A stretch of 63,655 nt of DNA, filler included, from Dicyema japonicum (GCA_011109175.1; 8 parts of 8 records of this genome joined end to end with filler, not necessarily neighbours in it), one strand, 5' to 3'. Counted from the first letter of the whole stretch, positions 12,720 to 25,529 are shown. Made by a program: numbers and translations. The notes: a model not told the origin generated them from the letters alone.

Positions 12720-12920
12720 CTAATTAATAAACGACATTCAACATCAGAAGAATTTCCTCTTCAATACGAAGAACACAGTTGACAGGGACCTCAATCGTTA
12801 TGGAGTTTCAGTTGCTTGCTTGGTCTTTTTCAGTGTAACACGGCACTCAAACTTCGGGCGAGACATGTGACTACTTGGGAGGGACAAAGGAAAAATCAGA
12901 ATGAGGAGACAGTTCCCATC
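12720..12920 (+). mobile_element. RTE-like LINE AP-endonuclease fragment
   Basis: DLNRYGVSVACL..TR resembles the RTE APE motif EL.RY.IDIAAL.ETR. Confidence 0.45.
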
Positions 12921-13199
12921 TACAATCAAATAGATTACATAATCACTGCGCCGTAATCTTAATGTACATTAAGGGACAGTGGAACACTTCCATTTAGTGA
13001 CAATAAAGTTGTTGTCTCTAGATTTAAACTACACTTAACCTAAAAATTAAGAGGCAGATCGAGAACATGCGATAATTCTCTTTGAACATATAATCGGGAG
13101 TTATTTTCAACGTTGTAAACACACAGTAACCCTACAGATCCAATAAGTTAGAGATTTAACCCAGAGTTTTTCAGAATTTCAAATTAAACGAATCATTTG

Positions 13200-13645
13200 G
13201 TGATTTCCTTCAATTTTTAATTGATGCAAGTCTTCATGGCACTATTATATCGCACAAATGCAGTTCCCAAAGAAGTCCCACAAGGTTCAATTTTATAGCC
13301 TTCACTATTTAATTTACTCTTAATTGATATCCCTCAACCAACTGAGCATAACGTTCTTTCAATATCCTATGCAGATGATATAATATTTGCAGCAAAAAAA
13401 ATGAAAAAAACTTGTGTTAAATCAATGTACGTTAACAAACTAAATGATTGGCCCTACGCATATCGACAATAAATTAGAAAATCTTTACGCATATCGACAA
13501 TAAATTAAAACTGTTGCAAATTATGCTTGTCTAGAATGGGCTGTACTATGCCCCGAACATAGAAAAAAGTGCAGAAAATTCAATACACCGCCTTACGGAT
13601 TTGATCTGTCACAAAAAGAAATCTATTGACCACATTCATGCAAAA
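13200..13645 (+). mobile_element. Degenerate LINE reverse transcriptase fragment
   Basis: VPQGSIL*PSLFNLLLIDIP...SYADDIIF contains RT motifs 4 and 5. Confidence 0.75.
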
Positions 13646-14479
13646 TGNNNNNNNNNNNNNNNNNNNNNNNNNNNNNNNNNNNNNNNNNNNNTTAATTAAT
13701 TAANNNNNNNNNNNNNNNNNNNNNNNNNNNNNNNNNNNNNNNNNNNNCTGGAGAAGTCATAAAACCTGAAATATTAAAAATTATAAACCGGAATGCTCCA
13801 TCAAAACTCCAACTCCTTTGTTGTTTTCCAAGTATATCAGTCAAATAGTCTCATCATATCCTACAGAAGAAAGAATTCCATGCGGAGAAATTGCCAGTAA
13901 TTTGATTGTGTTTATGTTGAATTCGTAGCGAATTTTGGTATGAATTTTAGTTTGTTCAATTTGTAAATAATATCCTTACTTTTTCTATATTTCATATCCC
14001 AACAGAAATCCTGGATAAGTACTCACAACAGTGTAAAACAAGCAAATGCTTTAATTGGAAGAACAATTTATAATATTATTTTTTTAATTTTTATTTTAAT
14101 AATTTTAAAATATTTTATTTCTGATTTATTAATTAAAATTTTTACTTTAACGTTGAACTCGATTTTTTAAAATAATGAAATCAAATTTATGGTTAAAGTG
14201 GTGACATCTATGGACTATGATTTTCGACATTATGGTCTTAGATTTGCTATCAACCGAGATCTTTATGACCATGTGGCACGTTTATGTGCTGTCTCAGATC
14301 ATATTGCAGTCATGCAACTCAAGCTGGGAACAAAACATTATTCTGTAAAGTTGAAATTCACTGAAAATTTTCAACATAGATGATGTAAGAATGATCTTCA
14401 TGCTTCTAGAAGATACTCAAGTTTTTTTTCAAAAGGAGTAAACAATGAATGGTATCAGTAATGTTGACCATCTGCGTCA

Positions 14480-15000
14480 TTTTATTGTCTGTTTAGAAGT
14501 AGAAGAGATTATGTTGAAGGTGCCAAAATGTATAAGAAAAAGGTTTACCGAGCACTTCTGCGTCTACAGAAACCCGATTAAAAGAAAAAGACGTTTATCA
14601 TTATTTTTTAAAAAATTATTATGCCTTCTATCATCAAAGGATGTGAAGGATGGTATTTTTCCCCCAAAAGAGAATTAATCAACCTCTTTGATAAGACGAG
14701 GAGAATGGCAATNTTTGGAAGTAGAAGAGATTATGTTGAAGGTGCCAAAATGTATAAGAAAAAGGCTTACCAGCACTTCTGCGTCTACAGAAACCCGATT
14801 TAAAGAAAGAGACGTTTATCATTATTTTTTTAAGAATTATTATGCCCTCTCTCATCAACAAATGTGAAGGATGGTATTTTTCCCCCAAGAGAAAAAATTA
14901 AACAACCTTTTTGATAAGACAAGGAGAATGGCAATCAAGCTGTCCCTCCTAAAAAAGGTGAAGAAGCACTAGAAAAAGAGAAGGAATCAATGATCAACCC
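14480..15000 (+). mobile_element. LINE ORF2 C-terminal fragment, tandemly duplicated around an N
   Basis: IMPSIIKGCEGWY..LINLFDKTRRMA resembles the post-RT region (I.P.I.Y.CE.W). It is duplicated across the n at 14712. Confidence 0.5.
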
Positions 15001-15564
15001 GTGGTAGTAGAACGGATCGAAGGTTTCTCCTGAGGATAAAAGTGGATGACACCAAATTCAGATGAGACTTTGAAGCTAGAAAAAGTAAAACTGCAAAAGA
15101 ATCCAGACCTCAGGCAGGATTTTTAATAACGTAATCCCCCATAACTATCGCTATGTCTGTTAATAAAAATGTTATGTTGTTGCTCGTTTGTTAACTGTCT
15201 GATGACGATTTATCAGACTAGCGTGATCCAGATGCGTTCCAAAAAGTCTTCATCTATGCATAGTGATCCAGAAAACATTGTCCAGGGAGCGATATAGTAT
15301 CCCACTGGAATGAAGAGATGGATCTATTTGAATGACAACCAAACATTTTATGTCTACTGAGTTAGGTGCATCTGATGACGCCACTAGATGAAAGGTAAAT
15401 GAATCTTTATCAAATAACCACTTGATACCAAGCGGCCTAATACAATTATTTATTAATTACTTTATAAATTATTATATATTTATTTATTTTTGGCTAACCT
15501 TGTTAAATTAAGTTTAATTTTGAATATTTTAATAAATGCAGCATTTAATCATTTTGTCAATATT

Positions 15565-16380
15565 CATCCATACAATAATCACAGGAAGTTGTAGTGATAT
15601 AGAAGTGAACAATCTTAAAGACCTGTAGTAATTATATTAATCATATCACAGAGATTGGTATGACTGCCTATATGAAACTAATTATGAAACAAAGTACAAT
15701 TCGCCGATAGAGCGCCTTAGGGTGCACAATGTTACTATCCCTATTGGAGAGTCTTTATCATTTAGGGGGATCAGTGTGAAAGTTTTGTATTACTTTATTA
15801 ATCACATACAGCCTCTGCTTAAATGATCGTAGTCTTGAAACGATTATTTCCACTGCTTTTCCAATCACCATCGATTCAATGTACTGTATATTTGAAATCT
15901 ACAGATTTCTCGGAGAATGTTACGTACTAAAGCACATAGACATTGATTTTGCTACATCGCTGATTAGTCTTGAATTTCTGTAAGTTTATTATTAATTAAT
16001 AGTGAATTTCCCTCTTCATCAATAATACAAAAATATACTATAGTAGCTTCTGTATTAGTTCAGTTGTCTGGGTATTTTCAATGTTAATTTAGTGTTCATG
16101 TATTGTGTAGTGATGCATCATCCGTCCCACAAGCGTATGAAGTTATATTTAGCTCAGATATAAACCTGATGAAAGATATATTTATATGGACAGATCTGGT
16201 AAATTGTAGTTGTTTGATTTTATTGTAATTAGGAGAGAGGTCGTATCAGCAGATCCTACGGGTAATTATTAGTGTAATTTCAGACTGTAGTCCAATAAGA
16301 AACCCAAACAATGTGCTTGGAAAATGTCGATAGTTAATTAATGATAACATGATTAGGGAATAAATGGATTTAGTTAAAAG
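15565..16380 (+). pseudogene. Putative multi-exon gene of unknown product with tiny introns; frame not fully recoverable
   Basis: Coding-like blocks alternate with AT-rich GT..AG segments (e.g. 15980-16002, 23 nt; 16262-16283, 22 nt). My splicing attempts met phase conflicts. Confidence 0.4.
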
Positions 16381-16977
16381 ATAATATTTTGTTATTATTA
16401 AGCATTCTCACCATTGTAGCAAAACATGTAGAACTCGAAAAACTAGTAACTTAGTCAACTACCTCCACTTGCCACTATCATAGGCAAACTCACGTACTCC
16501 ATCTTGATCCTCTACCTATTTTAATCTTTTGGAAGTTCCTGTATATTTTGTTGAATTATTATTAAAAAAGCACTCTCGAGAAAACATAAAATTAGTTAAG
16601 TTTCCCTTGTGCCGTATTCCGAATCATCCTCTCCGTCTGCTTCGACCATGATATTCTGTTGCGCACTAGTTATTTTAGGTAGTCCAGGTCGTCCGCCATT
16701 TTCATTATATTATCAGATGATGTCCACATTACGTAATGGATCAAGTCCTGATAGACTGCAAATCCGAGACCAGACAGAGACGTCATATTTGGTTAGATCG
16801 CATACCAGTTAGTGTTTCTTGTAAAATTGTGTTTTGTTGAATATTTTAAATTATATATATTATTAATTCAAATTCATTATATTTAATTTATTTTTTCATT
16901 TTTAATACTATATTAATACCATTTCCTTGTTGATGTTTAATATTAATCAAATCTTTAATACTCTATTAATACCAATT

Positions 16978-17134
16978 CCCCACTTTACTGGAGGGGATTC
17001 CACAACTGCAACTATGGACGTCTTTTATCTTTTATGTTGATACCCGATGGACTCTGTTTCTGTTGAAGTGTAAACTGGATACACTTAATTAGTTGGTTTT
17101 TTAACTTTTTCTCGGAGTATCCGGGGTTAATGAA
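16978..17134 (+). mobile_element. 3' half of the SINE-like family
   Basis: Reverse complement of ~27955-28110. It ends CTCGGAGTATCCGGGGTTAATGAA, where the TIR element is inserted. Confidence 0.75.
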
Positions 17135-17814
17135 TGTCGTATAGTATCACGTCCGGGTAAAGTATCACTCCCGAGCTGATAAGTCTAATTTATCATTGCA
17201 AAACAAATGGTTACCGGACTCTTTTGGGAGTAAAAACGAAATTTTTAATTTTGTCCAAAAACATGTTCGACGTAGTATGGGACAAAAATGGGAGACCTTA
17301 TGGATTTGGATTGGTTAAAGTCAATTACTTGAACGGGTTAAGGAGAATTAGAATGGATTAGGATGTATTATAGAATGAGTTAGGGTGAATTAGAGCATCG
17401 GTTGTTTATATACATTCATAAAGTTTATTTTATTGACAGAATAGGATGTTTGAACTCTAATTAAATTCACTTAATTTTTATACATAAATTCTCTTTTAAT
17501 TTTTGATATTAATATATTATTACTATAAATTAATCCTTAGTTAAAAGCAATCCAAATTTTATTATACATAATTCAAATATGAATTTTTTAGGGTTTCTGT
17601 GTTATGCAAGCGACAGATTTTTGAACTTTTGCCTTTTTTACGTTTTCAATTTTTTTTATAATGTTGCAATTGTTCAATTCTTGGTTATAATGGAAATACT
17701 TTGTGATTCTTTTGGTATCCTTTAATGACTCATGTAACCATATGTTTTGGACTGATAAGTTTGATTTATCAGCCCGGACACGAAGATGGTCCCGGGCTCT
17801 CATACTATACGACA
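17135..17814. mobile_element. Non-autonomous TIR element (TGT..ACA ends) with internal TTAGGG-like repeats
   Basis: Left end TGTCGTATAGTATCAC..GTCCGGG..CTGATAA; right end TTATCAGCCCGGAC..ATACTATACGACA. There is no coding capacity and no clear TSD. A second copy starts at 27118. Confidence 0.7.
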
Positions 17815-18369
17815 ATAAATAATAATAAAAACTAATCAAATCTTTCAAATTTTAATTCCAAGACCACCGAAAGACAGACTGTGATTTCGACAAATTTATT
17901 CCAGGCCCTCAGCTCGTTGAGTCAGAATGTCTCCTGATCCGTTATTTGCTCGGATTAGAATTTCCAATGTGCCGGCACCATGTTCTTTTTGTCCTCAGAC
18001 CACTTCACTGTGACTCCAAAAACCATATGTGTAATTTTTCCAAAATAACGAAAAATGTTATTTTTATTAAATTCTTATTTAAACAAATTTTCAGAAATAA
18101 TATCCATGACAAACCAACTCTAATTTTTTTCAACGAAATTAAAGAACCTCCTAGTCTTGAATGATTTACATTCACATATGACAGCTGCTCTACCCCTACA
18201 AGACTCGAATATTTACCATATCTCCCTTTCTGTTTTTCTGAACTGTCAACCATTACCTTCTTGTTGTTGTGCACATCAGTAATAAAAGTAGTCAGGATTG
18301 ACAGTCGTTGTGAATCAGCCAGAATGAAAACCGAAAACACTTTATTCAACAGGAATTAGGAGTTAGTTT

Positions 18370-19620
18370 GGAGGTTATTAACAAGTCCGTCTATGCGGCC
18401 TGGACTCTTCCGGTGCACTTCATCTTCATTTTAATCTCGTCCTAGCGTAGGATCCCCTTGATCCTGTTCTCCACAATATTTTTGACCGGTGCAAGAATCT
18501 TGTCTTCTTCCGTACTTTGGACATCAAACATCTTTTTCCCCAAGGCCAACTTTATTGCTGAGCTTCTCGACTTTTCCATGAGTAACATTATCCTATCCTT
18601 TTAACGAGAGAAAAACCACTCTTCACGGCCCTATAGTAGCTATGGTAGAATAATCCTTATGAAGATAAACAAGGTCTCCGAGCTTACAAACAACTTGCCT
18701 GTGCAGAAAAGCAATTGTAGTTCTTTTTTCCTTCTTCGTCTGATATCCGATATGAAAGAACCTTCTCCGTCAATAACTATACCGAGGTATCGGAGTGAGT
18801 TTACTTTTGGAATATCAAATGAGTATGGCTGCGTATGGTGTCTCCGTAGACGGCTAACTCTCAAGTAGCTGGACTTCCCGAGAGTTTCATCCCTCTCTTG
18901 GAGCACCAATCTTGCATTTGGTCGATGAATGACTTGATTCTTCTTTCCGATAGAGTTAACTTTCCAGACATATCTGTAATTAGTATATCGTCTGCGTATA
19001 TCAATAGTTTGGTGTTCATATCCATCGGAATTGGAAAGTCTGATAGAAACACATTGAAGTCGTTATCTTCATATCAGTATCTTTGGGATCGTCCGGGAAA
19101 TAAGTAAAAAGTTCTTTTGAAGCTCTCAACTCTTCCTTCGCGATCATCTCCGTCGAATTGACTCCCTGGATGCGGTCTAGATGCTTTTTAAAGATTTCTG
19201 GGACTTCATCCATAGAATATGATCCACCTTCCGGTTTGTTCAGAAAGATTTTCATATCATTCTTCTTCTGGCCTGTTATTCTTTTGTAGATCTTCTAGAA
19301 CAAAGGGTCTTTGGTGTTTAGTCTTCCTCCCAGTTTTGAGGTTTCTAGATATACATCTTTTATAGTTTTTCTATTTAGTCTTGATAGGCCTGTAAACACT
19401 GACTCCGTAGTGTCCGGATCCAGGTTCAGTGATATCTCTTGGGGATGTGGTCGATTCCGATGTCCCACATGATCATCGGTCTCTCCACATAAATGTAAAG
19501 GAGTGGTGACACAAGGAACATCACTAACATGTCTCCACCATAGTGCGATGTATGGTCCTCATACTTTATGCTTTTTCTGATTAATATAAGTAGTCTTACT
19601 CCACGTTTCATAGTGCGATC
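18370..19620 (-). mobile_element. Decayed Jockey/I/CR1-type LINE ORF2
   Basis: KLLIYADDILI..MQDWCSKRGMKLS and VNSLRYLGIVID (RT motifs 5-7) are split over frames. Confidence 0.8.
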
Positions 19621-19779
19621 GATATGTATTATACTGTATCGGGAAAGAGGGGCGTTTTATATTTTGCTGATAGCTTCGATTCTTGGAAGAGCACGATGTC
19701 AGCATTAAGTTTAACAATCAGAGTATTAAGTTCAATAATTTTGTTTATCATTCCGTTCACATTCAGTTGTATAACGGAT

Positions 19780-20289
19780 ATATCAGAGTTCTTAAAAATA
19801 TCAAAAATACGTAATATATCAGAGTTCTTAAAAAATCCAGAATTTTATTATCAAACCCAACGAGATGATAATATGAGGAACCCAATGTCAAATATGCTTG
19901 GATTTAACTCACGTCATAATTATTCACAGAAAAACATTGATGATTTTCTATTGGAAGTAAAAAAAAGCTTTAATTTGTTATTGATTGCTGATTTCTTTGA
20001 CTTATCTCTTCTTCTTCTAAAAAAGTACCTTCACTGGGAGATCCAAAATTTGATATCATTTCAGTTAAATGCACAAAAAATCCCCAAAGTTAATGAAACC
20101 TTAAAGGAATTAATTTTAAAATGGAACGATGTTGACTTTGCGTTGTATGAATTTTTCCTTAAAGACTTTCGGACTGAAATTTCAAAAATTAATGAAAAAG
20201 AATTAAATGATGATTTAAATAAAATAAAAAGCAAAAGAGAGGAACTATACAAAAATTGTGTACTAAAGGAAACTATTGATCACATTTAA
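19780..20289 (+). CDS. GAL3ST: Galactose-3-O-sulfotransferase family, C-terminal half only
   Basis: EFLKNPEFYY..RNPM..LGF..EVKKSFNLLLIADFFDLSLLLLKKYLHW..LNA..KWNDVDFALYEFF matches GAL3ST (EFL..P..YY..RN.L..DLG..EV...F.LVL..EYFDESLVLL...LCW..LNAR..WN.LD..LY..F). The KTHKT PAPS-binding N-terminus is not seen; a LINE lies upstream. Confidence 0.8.
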   Translation: MSEFLKISKIRNISEFLKNPEFYYQTQRDDNMRNPMSNMLGFNSRHNYSQKNIDDFLLEVKKSFNLLLIADFFDLSLLLLKKYLHWEIQNLISFQLNAQKIPKVNETLKELILKWNDVDFALYEFFLKDFRTEISKINEKELNDDLNKIKSKREELYKNCVLKETIDHI

Positions 20290-20309
20290 CCTTACTTGGT
20301 GTTTAGGTT

Positions 20310-21200
20310 ATGAAACAATGCCTTGGGTACGAATTCTTCCTTTATCTAAAGTTCTCTTTCTATGCTCTGTGCTTTCTTATCGTTCAATTAGCTTCGTATC
20401 TTGTGATCCATTTGTCTTAGGAGACGCCTAGTGGCAATGCAATATCAAAAATGATCATTTGCACATAATTATTTTGGAAGAGTTCCTACACGTGTGATTA
20501 TGGATGGATTTGTCTCTCTATGATTGTAGTGGGGACTTAATAAATCTATGATCAATGTTCGTCAAGTGATCAGTTAGTCTGATGTTGGGATGCTTCAAAT
20601 CCCATGTAGCCAAAAAATTGACAGACCTTNNNNNNNNNNNNNNNNNNNNNNNNNNNNNNNNNNNNNNNNNNNNTTAATTAATTAANNNNNNNNNNNNNNN
20701 NNNNNNNNNNNNNNNNNNNNNNNNNNNNNCTGTACCCCAAGGCCGATTCAAACCTTTTTACGCAACGTGGAGATAAAAACACCACATGGTATTCGAACCG
20801 TGACATTATTGCCAAATCAAAACGTGACCCTAACTGGTACAAGTCGTGTCTATATTAGTGTCCCCCTACAAGAAGTTGTGCGATCTTGTTCATTCGCTTA
20901 ATGGAGCATATTAATTGTTTACTAATCAATGAAACGTCGTAAATCACAATTGAGTAATAATCCATCATTGCGTGAACCGCCCACATGGATAGAGTGTAGT
21001 CAATGCGCAAGAGGATCAGAATAACTTTAGTCATTGTCATGATCTCCCGATCTCTAAAGGATCAATAACACAGTGCTATTGTACTAAATGTCTTCATCCC
21101 CCAAGATCAGAAGAGAAAGAAGTATCGAAGCATTTCGAAGTTCATTTGTTTGTCCCTGTTGTTCATTTAAAGTTATAAATTACAAGGAAACAGCCGTCAG
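20310..21200 (-). mobile_element. RLE-type (R4/Dong/NeSL-like) LINE C-terminal remnants
   Basis: Minus-strand IIFDIALP resembles the RLE motif IIDIA.P. The region is heavily degraded and contains a gap. Confidence 0.4.
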
Positions 21201-21899
21201 GTGATCCGGTCTCCTTAAGCAGCCATCTCTCGAACCCCGTCAGTTTCAGAACTAGGTCTGTTGGGCGCCATTTTTAAATCTGGATTTTTATGTGTTTAAG
21301 ATTAAAATTCTCCTATTTGAAGTAGAGGGATAGAGCCTGCACATGGGTGCATCCGATGCTTCTCTATTTTAAAATTTCGGATTTCCGATGTCCCCCGGGG
21401 CGAGGAGTTATATTCATCTTGAGGAGATGAAGACATTATACTAAGAGCTACGTCACTAGGGAATACCAACAGGTCTTTCTTAAAATCAATATTACGGACA
21501 AACACACACGATTCGTCTATTTTACTGTTCAAAGCTAAATAAATTGGTTTAATTGGGACATCCTCACTTCCAAGGGCACCCTTCCCCCGTTTTGGGGCAT
21601 TGTTCAAAAGCACCTCACCAGAAAAGCGAGATACCCTGTTTTCTTGCAATGATTTCGACTGGAAGATTTCTCTTCCTTTCTCTGTTTCTTCTCTTCCCCT
21701 GTTATACAAGGCCGGCGTCGTGTGTTCCATCTGACTAAGGCAGCTCATATTGCAAGCGCAGAACTATAAATTGACATTTCCTATCTCTTACTGCAGGGGT
21801 TCCCAAAACTTTAAAGACTGGACGTCTTTCTTTCTTCTGGGTTTGGGTGGGTTCGCGAAAGGTCTCTGCTTCCCTTCGTTTCCGTTTGACTAAGCATAT

Positions 21900-22990
21900 C
21901 TCTGAGGCAAATTAATTGGTCACATTGGATAAATGTGAGAATCCGAGTCCTATCTATAGTCGACGAATTAACTATTCTCAATAATCCGGATTCCCATTCG
22001 AGGACTCCAATCCGAAGAGGGGATAGCCCAACTTCCCCGGACTTGTCATTATGCACTCCCTCCCTTACTGGATTCCTTTCATGGGATGTTGTTATGGTTT
22101 TACAAGCGAAAATAAGCCAAATATGTTGAACTCAAAAGATCTATTTCTCTGGCAAGATGTTCTACAAAGTTCAAGAACTATTCGAAGGCAAATTAGTTTG
22201 GATTCAGCACGTATGTGGATAATTGTCTATCGGGACTCGTTGTGGGAGACTTCCCTGTTGATAAGGCAGCCATGATGTTAACTTCAGTTATTCGAAAAGC
22301 GGACAGAATGTTCATCCCAATATCCTCTTACAGAAAATTCAATCCGATCCTATCTTCGGTCATCCTGGAACTTATCAAGGACGGGATGCCTTGAAGGAAA
22401 CCGGAATGCAATCAGATGGCTCTATATCGTCCATACGCTCTCTAAATCGCAGAAATTCACAACTAATCCGTGATAAACACAGACACAAGTGGAGTCGGCT
22501 TGTTGGACGACTATGTCACAAGAACTCGTGTGGAACCTTCTGGAAGACACTAAAAAGTATCCACAGCCTCACAAAGGAAGCTAGCGGCTGAGTGATACCG
22601 TTACCCCTGCCCCAGAACATGCACGGATACACGCTAACAACCTCATGAAATACTGTGTCGATCAGCCACAAGGACTTATCTAGATCTCTGCATGTCAAAC
22701 GAGGTGGTCCACAACAGTCGACATGTACGACGTTCTCCACTCCCTACGACGTGGAAAGGACTATTAAATTTCTACGACCAACCCGAGTCTGTGGCCCCGA
22801 CGGTGTCTGTGCTATCCACCTAAAACACCTATGACCTCAGGCTCATATTGTGTCATCAAGACTATACAACCAGGCTATAAATTCCCATACAATACCAAAC
22901 ATATGGAAGAACTCATTGATTACTTCAATCTTCAAGCCTGGAATATCAAAAGGCCTCTTACCGCCCTGTCTCCATTACTTGCGCCTTGTC
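21900..22990 (+). mobile_element. Jockey/I-like LINE fragment (end of APE to start of RT)
   Basis: SPTSPDLSLCTPSL..SW, and YDVERTIKFLRPTRVCGPDGVCAIHLKHL. It is the same family as 28380-29170 and 29975-31530. Confidence 0.8.
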
Positions 22991-23099
22991 AAAAGTGTTG
23001 GAGAAGCTGGGCTATCCTCTTCGGATTAGGGTCCTCGTAATGGAATCCGGATTATTGAGAATAGTCAATTCGTCGAGTATAGATGGGACTCGAGGCCTC

Positions 23100-25000
23100 T
23101 TCCAAATTTATTTTTTGGTAGATAAAGTCTTTGTTTGCAGATTGCAAGTGTATGTGGCTATCCACAGGAATTTTTTGAATGTTTTTATCGATCTGTTCGA
23201 ACATCGAGGAAACGAGCTCTCTCGGACAAGGACTTTACGTTTGTTGCAGATTTGTCAAAGTTTGCTCTCCAACCCGGCTGCATCAAAAAACGATTCAACT
23301 CCCTCCAACATCATTTCCATTGAGTGTTTATATCGTCCATAAACAGTAGGTGATTCGTCGTATACGTTAGTCCCCATTTCCCGGACTTCCCATCGTTACT
23401 TTCGGAAATTTTCCGTTCAACATTCGACTAAGAGGGTCCATTATCAAAGCCAAGATCTGAAAAAGAGAGTCCCCCTGCAGAATTCCTCTTTTTATTTTTA
23501 CTTCTAACGTTTTGTTTCCCAAATTCAGACGAATCTTCCATTTTGTGACGAGTTTCTGAATAAACCTGACAATCCAGCAGGGAAGACCAGAATTTTGTAA
23601 TACCTGGTCCAGAAACTGGTGGTCGACAGACTCACAAGCTTTTTTGACGTCAATCCAAGTGGAATTAAAACTGTTTCCATTTTTTGATTTACGCACTTGT
23701 TGCCGATACCCTGTTCTTCGCGCATTGGCACATTCTACGCTTTCCCATTTGATTATCGCTGATCGAGTCCTATGACTCAATATAATCTGATAATTTTTTG
23801 TTCCCACACTTTGTCAATAGTTTATGCAGATTAGGCATACAAGTAACTCCTGGGTGACACACATACATCCACTTTTGGAATAAGATACGTAATCCCAGTG
23901 TAGAACCAATCACAGGGCGTATATTCGTCATTTATAATCTTCTTAATCTCCTCACAAAGATATCCATGAACCGAAGTGAAGTTCTTGATAAAAAAAGTTG
24001 TAGACTCCATCACAACCAGATGCCTTCCAATTTGGAAGCATCTTAATAGTCTCGGTGATTTCTTCCTCAGTGAAATCAGCAAAAGAGTTCTATGATCCAG
24101 TCACTTTTTTGCTAATAAAAAATACTCTTCTTTCGTTCTTCCTTATTCCAAATACTAATCCAAAATGGAAGAAATTCTTCCTCAAGCACCAGTTGGCGCT
24201 TCTAAACCTCTTTCTCGATTCGTCAACTCGCAACTTCTCAACAATCTTTATTTGATCGCGAACATATGAAGAAACCATCTCGAATTCCCCCCTCTTCGAT
24301 TTTTAAAGCCATATGAGCATAAGGTATTGCGTATTGGTCAAATTGATTCTTCCCGTTCATTTCACTAGCCATTTGAATGTGCTCAAGCTGTTGCTCAAGT
24401 ATAGTGAGTTTGCTTTTCATTGATTCTTTTCAGCTACTTTTAGTGTTTTTCTTGGTAAGAGCCTCATAAGTGCACTACTCAGCATATAGAGTATCAGTGC
24501 TATAGTTGATATCCAAGCTTGGCAAGGAATCAATATATTCCTTGATTGCTGCATTAATTCCACACAGAATCTCCTTTCTAGGCATTTTTCTGGGAATTTT
24601 CCTTGTAGGAATACGAAGGTTCCTTACTGAGGTGAGTAATTTCGCAATTTGGCAACGAAACTTATCAAAACATTTTCCAAAATTTGAAACTTCTACCAAC
24701 TGTTTTTCTTCCACTGATAAGCTACAAAGTGATTCACTGTACTTGGAGGAGAGCAAGCACTTGAAATTGGCAAAGGACTTTGATGTCCCGAATCTCAAGT
24801 TAAAAGCTTTTGTAATCAGAGGCCAGCCACCACGGGGAATCCTCTTGAATCTGGATTTTGCAGACTCAACGATTTCCAAAGCTCATTGTTTCAGGTCCAC
24901 AGTGTGGATTTGTCAACTAGACATTGCAGAGAGATGTTCTTTAAGGTCAGTAATGACAACTTGTGTTTTGGGCAAGTCATCGACCACATTCTCAACGGTC
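23100..25000 (-). mobile_element. R4/Dong/NeSL-like RLE LINE ORF with frameshifts
   Basis: EYTPCDWFYTGITYLIPK, WIDVKKACESVDH and KRGILQGDSL..IMDPLSRML are typical RLE-clade RT motifs. Confidence 0.85.
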
Positions 25001-25079
25001 CTTTTGTTTTTTTTCTTTTAGTAATTTTCGTAGATAGGTCGAATGAAACATATTTTTTTATTTTCTTACAAGAAACCAC

Positions 25080-25300
25080 CATTATTTATTTATTTAACAC
25101 CCAAGACCACGGTAAAACCAAACTAACTATCACGTGATCCACCAAATTCCTCATTCTTTCCCGATGCCCCCCCTCGTGGCCACACAAGCTCGTACTGGGC
25201 GGCTGACTATATTTGCAGGGCCACCTTTCCGCATGCCGGAGATTAGTTAATGAGGGCCTCCAGAGTAGTCGGTCCGGTTCTGTGTCTCCCACAAGACCAC
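25080..25300 (-). mobile_element. LINE 3' end with (TAAA)n tail
   Basis: The minus strand ends GGATCACGTGATAGTTAG..GTGGTCTTGGGTGTTAAATAAATAAATAA, like the tail at ~31470-31526. Confidence 0.65.
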
Positions 25301-25334
25301 CGCTCCGTCATTCTGAAAGATATGATAACGATTT

Positions 25335-25510
25335 AACATTAGAAAGTGACTTTTCCGAATTCATCTCCAAGCCGGCAACATGAAAGAACTCGCGAACAAC
25401 TTTCATCACTTTAATAACAGTATCTTCTTTTAGCCCAAATATCTTTAGGTCATCAATGAACAACAAATGATTCCTTTTAGGTTCGCTGTCTATTTCCCCG
25501 CAAGACGTCC
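25335..25510 (-). mobile_element. RLE-clade RT fragment
   Basis: NHLLFIDDLKIFG..GLEMNSEKS. Confidence 0.75.
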
Positions 25511-25529
25511 GATTAACCTGATAGGTTTA

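Noticed and set aside
13692-13703. TTAATTAATTAA palindrome inside N runs (also 20674-20685, 32209-32220, 34635-34646, 38803-38814, 56101-56112, 62108-62119)
   Set aside because: It is an identical 12-mer with stops in all six frames, always centred in a gap: an artificial scaffolding linker. Adjacency across these joins is unproven.
15375-15400. CTGATGA...GAAA hammerhead-like core
   Set aside because: The sequence between the two motifs cannot form stem II, and no stems I or III are evident.
21258-21275. tRNA-Lys-type PBS TGGCGCCCAAC on the minus strand
   Set aside because: There is no adjacent LTR ending in CA, no second LTR and no recognisable gag/pol.
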